Origin: Octopus vulgaris
Lineage: Eukaryota
Direction: 5' to 3'
DNA length: 64,000 nt
Assembly (NCBI GenBank): GCA_951406725.2
Contig: OX597817.1
Span: 36,766,001-36,830,000 of the forward strand
Shown here: piece after piece, positions 40,711 through 55,175 of the stretch
Position numbering within the stretch: position 1 is the stretch's first letter
Layout: each line of letters begins with the position of its first letter
The notes under the pieces: generated by a model
The model's input: the letters and a program-made list of their open reading frames with translations, nothing else
What the model was told of the DNA's origin: nothing
Databases searched by the model: none
Translations under genes and position numbers: made by a program

Positions 40711-42365
40711 TATAAGATATTCCGCAAATCAACGGAATCTACAGACCTGAGATGAACGTTTTTGAAGGTGTACCACCTCACCGATAAGGGTAGATTCGTT
40801 TCTATTTTAGCGAGAACATCTCTGTTTCACCGGTGATTAGGCCCTTGTCCCCCGTTGTGCTGAGAACAGGGATTGGTGGATGTTTTTTTTTATCTTTTAA
40901 CTACAAAAGTGAGTTTGAAAATATACATCTGTGTACATCCATACAAATTCAAATGAAGGTTTAGGTGGTTGTAATTATATCAATAATGATATCATAAAAT
41001 TTGACCCTGAGATGAGTGGAGAAAATGTACATAAAAATATTTAATAAAAACAGAATAGAATTCAAAGTAAAACAATATCACCCCACACCAGTATATTGAG
41101 ATAAAACTTATACAAACCGAGGTATTTAAATGTCATTCAATTCTTGGCAAAATATGAACGAGATAATGATTGATAGCTCTCGATAGAACTGCTATGCGTT
41201 CTATAACAGGCATATGTCGGGAATGAGAATGTGCGTATCTTAGGAATCGTGCTTATAAATGGTCAAGTAAGATATTGCACCACATTTAGTGATGAAACAA
41301 CAGTTCAAGTGTTTAAAAGTTCTGACGAGATTGGGTTCCCTCCTAATTCACCAATACTTCTATGTCTGTTCTTACCTGGGTTGTAGTAGCATTCACGGAC
41401 AGAAAGTATTGGTCAACTAGTAATAGACGGTCATATAAGAATCGGAGGTTTAGCTATTGTTATTATACATGTCCACCTTTTATTGGACATATTTCGATGT
41501 CACGTGAACCAGTGTTTATTCATTAAGATTAGATAGGGCTTGTACCTCAAGAGTAAGCTCGAGAATGCAGGATAGAAACAGAATAAGCTACAAAAGAACT
41601 GCTAGAAAGTATCAGGAAACTACTATAGTATATTTCCTAAGAAAAACCATGAATCTTCAGATTTTGATGTGAGAGTTCATGAAGTAAGAGACGGAAAAAA
41701 GAGAGAGAGTATGTATGAGGGATGGAAATAAATAGCGTGGGTGATATTACAGAGAGATATTTACCGATAGAAAGATAGCGTAAGGCGGGGATAAGTAACG
41801 TTGCCAATAGAATGTCTCTAACAACTGTAAGAGAGGGAGAGTGACATACAAACTCAAATTTTAATTCTGCTACAACCAACCTCCCACTCTCAAAGTTTGC
41901 TTTATTCGCTGTGTTCACACATACATATCAAAAACTATAATTTATGTGTGTGTATGTGTGAAGGCGGGTTGAAAAGCGGATATCTATAGAGATATTATTT
42001 TTCTGAATAAATTAGTGTTATGGATGGAAAATAATGATAAAATGGAAAATAATTATGTGTTCACTCTAACATTTAATTCGTTGTCAATTGATTAAACTCC
42101 CGTTTCCTATTTACATAATTCTGTAAATAGGTAGTATATCAGTCAGAGTGACATGTGTTAGGAAGAATACCATGCAGATGTGTTTAAAGAATTAATGAAT
42201 ACAAAGTAATATCATATAATCAGCGTTTGACAAAACCTCGGCATCAATATAGTGTAAACAGGAAGTTGAAGATGGATGCATCCTTGGATGTTAGGTGGAT
42301 TAAAGTCACAATGTTGAGTAGATTAGTTATGGAAACTGTCCCATTAGGGAAATAAATATCAAATT

Positions 42366-42780
42366 ACTCTTTTACTATTTTACTTGCTTCAGTCATTTGA
42401 ATGTGGCCATGCTGGAGCACCACCTTTAGTCGAGCAAATCAACCCCAGGACATATTCTTTGTATTCTTTGTAAGCCTAGTACTTATTCTATTGGTCTCTT
42501 TTGCCGAAGCGCTAAGTTACGGGGACATAAACACACCAGCATCGGATGTCAAGCGATGCTGTGGGGGCAAACACAGAGACACAAACATATACACACACAT
42601 ACATATATATATACATACGACGGGCTTCTTTCAGTTTCCCTCTACCAAATCCACTCACAAGGCGTTGGTCAGCCTGAGGCTATAGTAGAAGACACTTGCC
42701 CAAAGTGCCACGCAGTGGGACTGAACCCGGAACCATGTGGTTGGAAAGCAAGCTACTTACCACACAGCCACTCCTACGCC
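42366..42780 (-). mobile_element. SINE family A
   Basis: Full length. Confidence 0.92.
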
Positions 42781-44685
42781 TATTGTTGAAAATTCCATTT
42801 GATAATGACTATATATTCATCAATCACTTCCTACTTTATTTTTATTTTGTGAAATAAATATAGTAAACTTGACTTTTCATAGTTACTCAATAAATGGTTA
42901 GCCAGTTTTATTTAACCGTCTACCAGTTGGGATGTTGATGCTACAAGTAAAAAACAAATGTTTCAATACGTAAAATGAATTTGCAGACCATTTCACTCTA
43001 CAATCTTATGCCAGTTAAGGTGCGTGGCCTTTGCGTTAGGGTGTTCACTTAATGATAATATCATAGGTTCAACGCTATGACCAGGCGGAGTGTTGTGTTC
43101 TTGAAAAAGATACTTCATTTCTGCTTGCTCCAGTATTCTTTCCTGAAATGAGTACCAACCCCTGCAAGTGTTCCCTCTATCCTTATAGCTTGCCTATACC
43201 AAATGATTTACTGGGTCAATTTGCGCGAGATTGCGAGGGTGTCTTTGTCTACCCGTCACTATATAGGCACGTAAAACGATTGACAAAAAATTATTCATGT
43301 TGCCAATCGCAGATGACGATTGGTTGTGCTGAAACAGATGTTACTTAGCAACAGATGTTACATAGCAACAGATGTCCTTTAGTGGATAATTAATACAAGG
43401 AAGATAACCATTTTTTCATAATATTTGGCTGGGTTAGATCATTGATTTAAGGAATAAAGAAAATGATACATATATTATACATAATTTTTTGTTTTGTTTT
43501 TCATTCATTTATTACGAAATTTTTAAAATTTTTAGTTTGTGGTAATCATGTATAACAATATTTCATGCTTTGTTCTATTTTAGAAATCATAAGCATAATA
43601 CAACCTGGGGTATAATAACTATTTTATGAAGTGAGAAATTTCATTTAGAGGAGGGTAATCACACTCTAGAGAAAATTCATGGAATCTGAGGATATTTCTA
43701 GAAATTCCTATTACCCAGCTCATAGAAACATATATGATAAAAAAGGTTCTGAATGATATGTTTCAGTTACCTGAGTTCTTTGTATAATAGATTTACTCGA
43801 TTGTGATTTATTTGAACTTCTTTCTGTAATCAAGGAATCAAATTCCTCTTGAACAATGCCTCACTTTTGATTGTTTTTGTTGTTGCTTATCTCCGACTCA
43901 ACTTTGATCGTGTAAACTGTTGAGCAAGCACTGCAACTTCCCTCACTTTTCATTTCATGTATCGTGTTTCTAGGACTACATTTTCCGATAACCTTACCTG
44001 TCTTTAGATGCTAGCATATCGGAGGGGACAATTGTAGCTGCTTTGTCTAGGAGGGCGAGCGACCGCGCAGAAGCTTTTTCCTTAATTCGTGTAGGATTCA
44101 TGGTGATACGTCAATGGTGGGGTGGGGGGAAATACGACGGGATTTGATGGTGATAATGATTGTCGTGTAAGTGACGGTGGCAGAAAAGTTAGCGATGGTA
44201 ATATTCGTAGAGACAGAGGCGGTTGTGGGGAAGGCCGGAGACATTGTAGTGTTGCTGGTGATGCTAGTTGTTGTTATTTGTTGCTGTTGTCATTGGTGGT
44301 GATGTTATGGCGAAAAAAAGTACATACGGTACCAGAAATGGTAGCTGAACTGATGGTGGATAGAGTTATAGAAAGTGGTAGAGCAATGTACAAAATATTC
44401 TTCAGTATTTCATTTCAATTCCGTTACCAGGCAATTTCTAAAAGTGGACAGACATATGACATGGTAATCAGTAAAACAACGATGCATATCTCACAGAAAT
44501 ATTATTTCTTATATGCTATGCCTCCACCCAGTAGTTGACTGCCTGATGGGTTATTGCACTTCCGAAGCATAAAATTGCAATCAAGGAATACTGCGATGGC
44601 TCTATTTCCTTCTTCGTTCTTGTACAAGTTATACTAATTACCAGTATGGCAACAGCAACCATCTCCACAAACAACAACTAATACC

Positions 44686-44918
44686 TATTTCTTTACTACC
44701 CACAAGGGGCTAAACATAGAGAGGACAAACAAAGACAGACAAACGGATTAAGTCGATTACATCGACCCCAGTGCGTAACTGGTACTTAATTTATCGACCC
44801 CGAAAGAATGAAAGGCAAAGTCGACCTCGGTGGAATTTGAACTCAGAACGTAACGGCAGACCAAATACGGCTACGCATTTCGCCCGACTTGCTAACGTTT
44901 CTGCCAGCGCGCCACCTT
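44686..44918 (-). mobile_element. SINE family B
   Basis: Full unit; aacaactaatacc repeated on both sides. Confidence 0.9.
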
Positions 44919-45605
44919 CTAATAACAACTAATACCACCGACAACACTACAGTACCCACGACCTTCACCACAATCACCTCTATCTCTTCGAACATCACTA
45001 TCGCCATCTTTTCTACCACTGTCGCTTACAAGACTATCATTATCACCATCAAATCCCCGTCATATTTTTCCGCACCCCATCATCGACATATCACCACCAA
45101 CCCAACACGAATTAAGGAAAGAGCTTCTGCGTGGTCACTCGCCCTGCTAGAAAAAGCAGCTAAAAATGTCTCCTCCTCCGAACATGGCTGGACCGAAGAA
45201 ATTATGATTCGTTAACATGTATCATCATTTGTACTCATAACTGCCAAAGGATTAGGATAATGGGTATATTACTGCTGCTGTGGTTGCTATTTTTGTATGT
45301 ATGTAATTTCAAGCTTGTCTATATTGAATACAAGAGACAGTTTTCCTAAGACAGTGATTGAAGTGGATTTGCATGCTTGTGGGTGATGTGGAAGTGAGGG
45401 TTAGGGCCTAAATTTTCAGGGGCAACAAATTGTTTCTCATGGAGTTCGGTCGCTCAGCTTTCAAGTATTTATTGAATCACTCTGTAGTGTTTATGGCTAT
45501 GGTTGATCTGCAACCAATGATGGAGTAAGAGGAGTTAGTTAATTCGATTCAACGCCCCAGCATCGCCGCAGTCTAGAGACAAAAACAAGTAAAAGAACAT
45601 ATATA

Positions 45606-46009
45606 GGCGCAGGAGTGGCTGTGTGGTAAGTAGCTTGCTAACCAACCAGATGGTTCCGTGTTCAGTACCACTGCGTGGCATCTTGGGCAAGTGTTTTCTG
45701 CTATAGCCCCGGGCCGACCAATGCCTTGTGAATGGATTTGGTAGACGGAAACTGAAAGAAGCCTGTCGTATATATGTATATATATATATATATGTATGTG
45801 TGTGTTTGTCCCCCTAGCATTGCTTGACAACCGATGCTAGTGTGTTTACGTCCCCGTCACTTAGCGGTTCGGCAAAAGAGACCGATAGAATAAGTACTGG
45901 GCTTACAAAGAATAAGTCCCGGGGTCGATTGCTCGACTAAAAGCGTCGCTCCAGCATGGCCGCAGTCAAATGACTGAAACAAGTAAAAGAGTAAAGAGTA
46001 AAAGAGTAT
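45606..46009 (+). mobile_element. SINE family A
   Basis: Full length. Confidence 0.92.
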
Positions 46010-47288
46010 ATATATAAGCACACATATTGCTCTCTTTAACACAATCTTGCTTAGGGTATGAAATCTGCTAATCTACCCATGTATCTATATCCTGTATAAC
46101 ACATCTCAAACCAGCAAATACGCAGTGTTAATCCCTTAAATGAAACTGACACTTCAGAAATGAAAGCAGAAGCACAGCTAATGAAATGTACTGAAACTAA
46201 ACTGTGTTAATGATATATTCGACTTGAGAGTCAGGAGTAGATAAACGATGTATACATTGAAATAGTTTCCATTGATAACCGCTCAGATACTGGGTAGTGA
46301 TACAAGAATATATATAATCTACGCTTTAAATATGGACGAACGGATATTGTTGATTTAATCTGCCAGTACTGATTTCATTGACCTTGGGATTACTAAATTC
46401 AAAAGTCGACCATGGTCGGGTTTAATCGTAGAACGCAAACAGGCGTAACTAAATACTAGAAAGCATTTCGCCCGACATTTTACAGATCCTGCCAATCTAC
46501 CACTTTTATTACCAACGACTATAAATTACTAACAATTTGCTCATGTTACAGTATTGACGTCAGCAAGATGGTTATACGTGTGTGTGTGTGTATGTGTGTG
46601 TATTTTTATGTATCTATACATTCAATTTCCGGCTTATTTATTGCTGTTTATTTTGTAGTTGCTTCAAGTAAACATTTGAACCTCCATTCATAAACTTTCA
46701 ATTAGAAAGTTCAGCGCCCAAGGGAAATAGCTTCACGCGCCATATTCTTACTTAGAGTACAAAGGACGAGATAAATTAAATTAAAATTAATATCAATAAT
46801 AATATAATAATAATGTTAAAAATAATGATGGTGATGGCGACAATAATGAATAGCGGGAAGGAAAAAAGAAGGGGACGATATTGCTAGAGGGTTTACAGAA
46901 TTAATAAAATACGTATATCACGATATTGGAATAAGCAAAATTATGATGTGAAGAACAAATTATTGCTGCTCAAATGTTGGTGAAGTCGCACAAACACCAG
47001 GGCACTGAATCAAATATCATTAGTGTTTTGTTCTGAACCTTTGCATTTTAACGGAATCAGCTCTGAATTTTGATTCAAAGGATTATACGCTTCTATCAAG
47101 GCTTGTAGGTTAGCAATTGTATCGTCTTTATTTTAACCCAAACGTCTCTTTGTTTCCTCCCTTCTGAAATTTCAAACTAATAATTGCTGCACTGAGTATG
47201 ATGACTAAAAGAAACATTGTAAAACCACAAAATATTTACACCATTTCCAAATACAATCCAACCAATCTCAGTGCATTGTATTCGTTTA

Positions 47289-47703
47289 TTTGTTTCAGCC
47301 ATTTGACTGCGGCCATGCTAGAGCACCGCCTTTAGTCGAGCAAATTGACCCCCAGGATTTATTCTTTGTAAGACTAGTACTTATTATATCGGTATCTTTT
47401 GCCGAACTGCTAAGTTACGCGGACGTAAACACACCAGCATCAGTTTTCAAGCGATGTTGCGGGGATAAACACCGACACACAAACATATACATACATGCAT
47501 ACATTATATGTATGTACTATATACATACATATATACGCATATACGACGAGCCTCTTTCAGTTTCCGTCTACCAAATCCACTCACAAGGCTTCGGTCGACC
47601 CGAGGCTATAGTAGAAGACACTTGCTCAAGGTGCCACGCAGTGGTACTGAACCAGGAACTATGTGGCTGGTAAGCAAGCTACTTACCACACAGCCCCTCC
47701 TGC
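47289..47703 (-). mobile_element. SINE family A
   Basis: Near full length. Confidence 0.9.
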
Positions 47704-48722
47704 ATGATACCGCAAATAAATACCACATACACCTTTGATATTAAATAATAAATAACATTTAACAGTAAGATATATGTGGTATTTATTTGCCGTATTATTC
47801 ATTATTTAATATCATTTGTGACTATATCTTTGAAGAGAAACGTTATGACAGGATTGCAAGAAGGCAAGTCTATCTATACCACCTCTACAGAAGGACAGAA
47901 ATTGTTTATTTCAATGTACCTCTGTCTGAATCAATATGCGTTTAATGTATTTTTGTGTATATGTCTGCCTACATAACTATTATGATAATTACATATTCAA
48001 GTATAAACAGATTTTCATATCAAGCATTATTCACATGTAAATATCATATTGGGAGAGAAAGAAGCTACGACTCTACTGAATAATATTTAATATTGCGTTT
48101 ATTAATACGATTAGAATTTAATAAATAGTAAATTTCGATATGTACTCGATCATGTGTGGGTGTTGTATATTGTATATACACTCAACCACCACACGTACAA
48201 CGTGGTATAAAAACGTGTGTAGAAGGCGGATTAATTCTCTCAGGCTTTGAATGGAATTTTCACCTCATTTATTCCGATTCAGTTCCCCTGGTATTCAAAT
48301 GTCACTGACCCTGAGCGTTCCTTTCATCATTTCGGGATCGCTAAACACATTACCATTTCAGCGCTGTGGACTAACATAATTGCCAAAGCTTTGGACAGGA
48401 AATCATGCAGTATTTGTCTCGGTCCTGTGCTTTCTCTGTTCAGACCGCCTGCGGTCATCACGAGCGGACAAGCTTATCACTATTTGATAAAATAAGAGAA
48501 AGAAAAGCGGGAATTAAAATGGCGACCGTGAACATATTGACAAGTAAATTCTTCACTTCCATGTTAAGATATGTATCTTGAAAACTTGCTTAAATTGCTT
48601 AAATTTACAAGCACCACACTACTACCATCGCTTAATACAACACTGCAAAACTGCTAATCTATCTATGCGTGGATATCTAGAATAACACATCGCAAGTTTG
48701 TGAAACACTTCAAGACAGTAAG

Positions 48723-48765
<43 letters not shown>

Positions 48766-49146
48766 CGTGTAAACACCTTTGAGTTGTTCCAGTATATATA
48801 TAAAGATTGACCAGAATATATATATAAAGTCAGTTTGGGTGTGAAGTCGGGGTGTTTCCAGAAAAGCACTCGACCCGAATCCTAGGCTATCAACACTGGC
48901 GGGATCCAAGCCAAAGCCAAGGCTGGATTACTTCTGGTGTAGAAAATCCAAGTTTTACGGCGATTATACCGTTATGTGGTTTGGTGAAGAGTGAATAATC
49001 CAATGAAAAGATGACAAAGAAAATTCTTTAACACATCTTTAATTATAAGTTACACATGTTTTCGTATCGTCTCCATTTGCAACGGTGTTAAATACATCGT
49101 CTTCCCTCGGACGTCCCTTGGTAACAGTGGCTCTGATAGTACTGGT

Positions 49147-49240
49147 TCTTCTTCTTCTTCTTCTTCTTCTTCTTCTTCTCCTCCTCCTCCTCCTCCTCCT
49201 CCTCCTCATCCTCCTTCTTCTTCTTCTTCTTCTTCTTCTC
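49147..49240. repeat. (CTT)n/(CCT)n microsatellite
   Basis: Direct reading. Confidence 0.95.
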
Positions 49241-49539
49241 CCCTTCCTTCCCTTTCTCCCTTCTATCATTATACGTATCCACCCTCTTGATTCACTACAG
49301 ACACATCCCACATACATACTTTTAATTTTTACCATTTTATTTTCTCCCGGTACTTTTCTAACAAGGTCTGATAGACACACAATATAATAGCATGACTTTG
49401 ATGCAAATCTGAGGAAGTGATTCCAGTGTCTAAAACAACATATATTTTCGCGTAAACTGGCGTTGCAAATGGACATGGTACGGAAACATGTTTAACTCAT
49501 AACTAGATATGTGCTAAAAAAAACTTTCTTTCTCTTCTT

Positions 49540-49719
49540 TTCATTGTATACACATTCTTTATTTTCTATCCTTGTTTTTTTTTCTTTGTTCCTTTCTGTG
49601 GAAGAGCGTAGGCTCGAAACGTTAAAGACTTTTTCACCTCCCGAGCGTTATACTAATTCATCTGTTAGTTGTCTATATCACATGTCTTCGTCTTTTGTAT
49701 TTTCTTTTATGAATTCTCC

Positions 49720-49721
<2 letters not shown>
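49540..49721 (+). mobile_element. Family H1-related hammerhead-bearing element
   Basis: CUUU-CUGUGGA-A-GAGC/GUAG/GCUC-GAAAC-GUU^AAAG at 49592-49627; homologous to 20808-20971; 3' end abuts (TA)n. Confidence 0.65.
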
Positions 49722-49781
<60 letters not shown>

Positions 49782-51387
49782 AAAGAGATTTGAGTTTGAT
49801 GATTGCTGCAGCAACAACCTACACTCACGTTTTCCCATTGTTTTTCATTTCTAGTATATGTGCGGTGTGTGCGGTGTGTGTGTGTGTGTGTGTGTGTGTA
49901 TAGTAAAGACTATGATGGATCATATGTATTTTTGTACACCATAGCAGTAGTTTCTGCAAGCAAAATGTGGGGCCTGGTACTGGTCTAAGCGTTTTGTGAT
50001 TGCTCTGCTTCACAATGTTTTGCCTACTTAAATATATCTCATTTCTTGCTATCTATGTTACAAATGTTGTGGAGACGCTTCGCCTTTTCTATTTCTCATC
50101 TGTTTTAGTAAATTGATGTTTATTTTTAATGCGATTATTGGGTATAAATACACCCAATACGTCCTACGGTGTTATTGGTAAAATGGATGATAGTGATTTG
50201 TTAGGTCTGTTGTATTTGTTGTTTTGCCCCGCTTTAATCCTGAACGAGAAGGCTTATGATCAGGAAGGTTTATCTATGACCCTTCGATCTTTATTCATAA
50301 AGTATGAATAACTGCTCTGACTAGTGTCCCCAAGTCATAGATAAGGCGGTAGAGAGTGATAGAAAGAAAATTTCGCTGCTCATTATTGTAGGTAGCGTGA
50401 CAAAACAGCGGCTTCTTCGCTTACGAATGTGTTGTAGAGGCAACTATTTCACTACAACTTAAATCTAGCTGATTTAATTAGTTTTGATGTAACTGTGCAG
50501 CATGACTAGAACATGACTGTGGTGTTATCGAATTCTGAAAAAGTTAGATACTGTTTCTTGTTGGAAATATTTCCATTCTGCCCATGTTAAATATATATAT
50601 ATAAAAAAATAGGAGAAAGAAATTGTACTAGTCATTGTTTTTTTCTTTATTGATGTAAGAGTATGTTATGAGGAAAAGTGAAAGTTGATCCGAGATAAGT
50701 CGGAATATGATTTGTCTGGAAGAAGAGCTGTTTAAAATTGGCGTAGTACTGTTTGAAACGTTTTAGGTGCGTATAATTTGTTCCCAGTGATAGTGCATAT
50801 ATGTGTATTAGAATGTCGAAATTTAATTCTATAACCAGATAGGACGTATGGCGAGGTTAGTGGTTATACAATTGTATAATATATCTGGTTATACAATTGT
50901 TATACGTCGTATCTGGTTATACGTCCTATCTGGTTATACAATCGTATAATATACGTCCTATCTGGTTATACGTCCTATCTGGTTATACAATTGTATAATA
51001 TATACAATTCCATTTGGATATTGACGCTTGAGTGTAGCCTAGGAAGCTCATCACTCATCCACAAGAATAGGTTATCTGACAAGATAGTAATCCTTAGATT
51101 GATTCTTTTATCCAATACATCTGAAAATCCATAAATATCATAATTTTTACAATTACAAACAAGAAGAACGGGGTACGCAAATCTTCTTCGTGTATCAATT
51201 TACAATTGTTTCATCTAAATTCGATTTCATAAATCATGATATATCATACGATAATATATTGATTCTTCACTTTAAGAATCAATAGTTGCATAATACGATT
51301 GATGAGATCGAAGTTCTATGAAACACTTGCAAATTAATGTATTAAGGATACTTTCTCCATTATTTGTAATAATAATATGTATGTATT

Positions 51388-51789
51388 GGCGTAGGAGTGG
51401 TTGTGTGGTAAGTAGCTTGCTTACCAGCCACAGGGTTCCGGATTCAGTCCCACTGCATAGCATCTTGGGCAAGTGTCTTCTACTATAGCCTCGGGCCGAC
51501 CAAAGCCTTGTGAGTGGATTTGGTAGACGGAAACTGAAAGAAGCCCGTCGTACATATGTGCTATATACATATGCTTTTGTGTGTGTTTGTGCGCCTGTGT
51601 TTGTCCCCCCAACATCGCTTGACAACCGATGTTGGTGTGTTTGCGTCCCCGTAACTTAGCGGTTCGGCAAAAGAGGCCAATAGAATAAGTACTAGGCTCA
51701 CAAAAAATAAGTCCTGGGATCGATTTGCTCGACTAAAGGCGGTGCTCCAGCATGGCCGCAGTCAAATGTCTGAAACAAGTAAAATAGTA
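51388..51789 (+). mobile_element. SINE family A
   Basis: Full length. Confidence 0.92.
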
Positions 51790-51813
51790 TGTATGTACGT
51801 AAATGGCTGAGAG

Positions 51814-52200
51814 TGGAGGCGCAATGGCCCAGTGGTTAGGGCAGCGGACTCTCGGTTATAGGATCGCGGTTTCGATTCCCAGAACCGGCGTTGTGAGTGT
51901 TTATTGAGCGAAAACACCTAAAGCTCCACGAGGCTCCGGCAGGGGATGATGGTGAACCCTGCTGTACTCTTTCACCACAACTTTCTCTCACTCTTACTTC
52001 CTGTTTCTGTTGTACCTGTATTTCAACGGGCCGGCCTTGTCACTCTCTGTGTCACGCTGAATATCCCCGAGAACTACGTTAAGGGTACACGTGTCTGTGG
52101 AGTGCTCAGCCACTTACACGTTAATTTCACGAGAAGGCTGTTCCGTTGATTCGGATCAACCGGAACCCTCGTCGTCGTAACCGACGAAGTGCTTCCATCC
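51814..52200 (+). mobile_element. SINE family C (tRNA-derived), intact with 13-bp TSD
   Basis: A box tggcccagtggtt, B box gtttcgattcc; TSD aaatggctgagag at 51801-51813 and 52201-52213. Confidence 0.85.
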
Positions 52201-53471
52201 AAATGGCTGAGAGAGAGAGACGTATATCCTGTGCTGCCGTTTTAGTTTTTATTTTGAAAACGTTCCATTCTTAGTGTAGCTCTCTTTCTTATAAGATTTT
52301 TTTAATATTTCTATGGTGTAAAGTGGTATATATACTCTGATTTGAGTGTAGTTTCAAATACTATGTTGTGTTCTGGCAGTAAAATGCTATTTGGTGTATT
52401 ATCGTCAGTGATGATAAAATCTTTTAGTTCCAAAAGGGTATTTTAAAGCTTTATTCTTTTATTATAGAATTTCTCTTTTTTTTTTCTGTCACGTTTACGA
52501 ATTTTATTTCGCTCTCTGAAACATTTACTTTTATATGTATTCTATACAGATAGGTGATGTTCACAAGGGAGATAATAACTGTATTTCCGGTTTTTATCGT
52601 TGCTGTTACTATCATTGTAAATTGTAATTTTTCCTGTAAAATCTTGTATTTTGCCGGATAATTTCTAAGTGTTTCTCATTGATAAACAATATTAAAAAAA
52701 AAATTTGCAAGACTCTTTGCTTTAGAAGTATTTAACTGCCTCCGAGTAAGTTGTTAGTTATTGTCCTTATCCGAGGACCTCACTATGTGTTGCGACAAGT
52801 CTTTTTGTAATCAGTGAATATATTGTTTGATAAGCCTCGTTTTTTGGGGGGTTTTTTTCTTGCCACCTAAGTTTTAGTTTATTTTCCATATTTAATCATT
52901 TTACGACGTTACTGTAGTATTTGAAAAAGAACAGGCTTCAAATTCTTGCATATCATGTGATCTTGTAAAAGCGTCCCTGTTCACTTGTTTATCTTTTGTA
53001 GAGCCGTACGAACTAGAGATTCTTGACAAGTCTGCAAACCATTTATGCTGTGTTTTTACTACTGGATCTATTTATACGCTTATTTTTTATGCACGATTAT
53101 TAAACATACATAAATCAAAATTTTCTTCCTACTCGCTATGTCCATGCTTTAGTCAGTTAGCACACTGCCATCAAGCAAATTAATCTGGAAATGAAGGAAA
53201 TCAGCGAATTTATTCATTTCTTTATTTATTTTGCTGATGAAGAAAACCATAAGCCTAATTGAAGTTGCATGCTCCACTCAATGAAAAGAAGAGATTATTA
53301 TAAAAAATTCAGAATTCACTGAAAATTTAATTTTCTGCTCAAGAAAATGTATTTGATCATTGTGGACAAAAACATTTCGATTTTATTAGACGTAGACAGT
53401 GAAGTATACTGTTATCAATTTTGCTACGAATTCTGAACAGTGGACGTAAACATTTTATTTATAGAAAAATA

Positions 53472-54024
53472 TTGGGTTGTCCGGAAAGTTCATGCCGATT
53501 TTTAAAGGAAAGAAAAAGGTCAATAAATGCTTGCCATTACATTTTTAATCATCCAAATATGAACCATTTTGTTGCACAATACGTCTCCACCTTTCCTTTA
53601 ACTTGAAAATACCCTCTTCCCAGAATTGAGGTGGTTTCATGGTAAGGAATTCATCAAGGTATCATTTTACGTCATCCAAGGAATTGAAATTTTTACCATT
53701 AAGACTATTCTGCAGAGACCTGAATAAGTGGAAATCCGAAGGAGCAATATCCGGTGAATATGAAGGGTGGGTAACACATTCCAGCCGAGCTGCAGCAATT
53801 TTTATCTGGTTCTCAAAGCATCAAGTGCCGAAAATGAACTTTTTTATCTTCCATTTGAAAGGGTTACAGAATTAACGCAGGTTATAGGAACATAAACCTT
53901 CTTTCACGAAAATGTGCTTTAAATGGAGGTGTAGTCAAATCCTATTTTATGCACTCAATCATGTTCTAAAATAAGTCGAACCGTAAGCTACTATAAATCG
54001 GCACGAACTTTCCGGACAACCCAA
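53472..54024 (-). mobile_element. Internally deleted mariner transposon
   Basis: TA|ttgggttgtccggaaagttcatgccgattt ... aaatcggcacgaactttccggacaacccaa|TA; minus strand reads MEDKKVHFRHLML and HPSYSPDIAPSDFHLFRSLQNSL..FWEEGIFKLKERWRRIVQQNGSY. Confidence 0.92.
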
Positions 54025-54371
54025 TAGTTATGACCATATTCAAATAATTAAAAAACGCAATTTGCAGTAAATGGTTCAAGTAGACCATTGATAAAGTTTA
54101 GACAACTTAGAAATGTTTAATACATTGACATTTGTTTCTTTTGATGGATGTGGAGGGATAAAACCATGCTACAGTATCTTGATAGGTTGCCATCAGCAGC
54201 TTTTTTCTCCCTGACGATCAAAACAGAGTTGATCCTCGATATAAGTTGACAAAAACCAAAGGGAACTAGTCTACTTAAGCTGTTCTTTGTTCTGAAAGAG
54301 AGCCCCTGGGGTTTAATGAGAGCGTGTATTCTATTTACACAGTTAGACTAAATGTATATTTAGTGAAAGTA

Positions 54372-54630
54372 AATAAAATAAATGCGCCCATTTAAAGCCT
54401 AGCCAGGCTCATAGGCCTGGTTTCCGAGTTTCAATGGCTAATGTGTTCCCCAGCTGGACAGGACGCCAGTCCATCGCAGCGCTACTCATTTTTGCCAGCT
54501 TAGTGGACTGGAGCAATGGGAAATGAAGTGTTTTGCTCAAGAACACAACACGTCGCCCGGTCCAGGAATCGAAACCACAATCTTACGATCATGATGCTGA
54601 CACCCTAACCACTAAACCACGCGCTTCCAC
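54372..54630 (-). mobile_element. SINE family D (tRNA-derived), intact with 14-bp TSD
   Basis: Minus head gtggaagcgcgtggtttagtggttagg, B box gtttcgattcc; TSD atttagtgaaagta at 54358-54371 and 54631-54644. Confidence 0.88.
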
Positions 54631-55131
54631 ATTTAGTGAAAGTACGCATGTAAAAGTATTTATAATTTCTTGATATATGCTGAGTGAATGTAAAGGAGCA
54701 TTTGTATCCAAACAAACTTGAAACTCTATAGTTACATATGAAAATAATTTCCAGTACATTCAATATATCGTTTCACGCACGCGTTTCGTCTTTCTTCCAC
54801 AAGTTTGTCTGTTCATTAGTCTGTCGTACTTATTATTGTCATAATTCTAACATAAACATAAATTAAGCTTCGATAACAGATACAAAATTTCCATGAAAGA
54901 ACTTCACTGAAGCATTATTATAATATTTATAAGATTTACTTATAGTCTGGTGCAGACTGTTACACCAGAAATATTTACTAATAACCTGAAAATTGGAAGA
55001 TAACACATCGATATAGACTTCAGATCATGCTCAATGCTGCAATAATATTTATTGACTCGATATAATCTCAAATCTTATTAATTATAGGTTATATCAATAA
55101 AGTAATAAAGAATTTGTCTGAGCAGATTTTA

Positions 55132-55175
<44 letters not shown>

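Noticed and set aside
48516-48581. aaaATGGCG start-like/YY1-like motif
   Set aside because: The ORF closes after 20 codons and there is no convincing promoter or splice context.
50560-50810. Minus-strand KRFKQYYANFKQ, reminiscent of a Penelope GIY-YIG segment
   Set aside because: A single short motif in a broken frame; needs tBLASTn.
50860-51010. Repeat array considered as CRISPR-like
   Set aside because: No unique spacers, irregular period, eukaryotic context, no cas genes.
51814-51890. tRNA-like sequence
   Set aside because: It is the head of a TSD-flanked SINE and lacks a complete acceptor stem.
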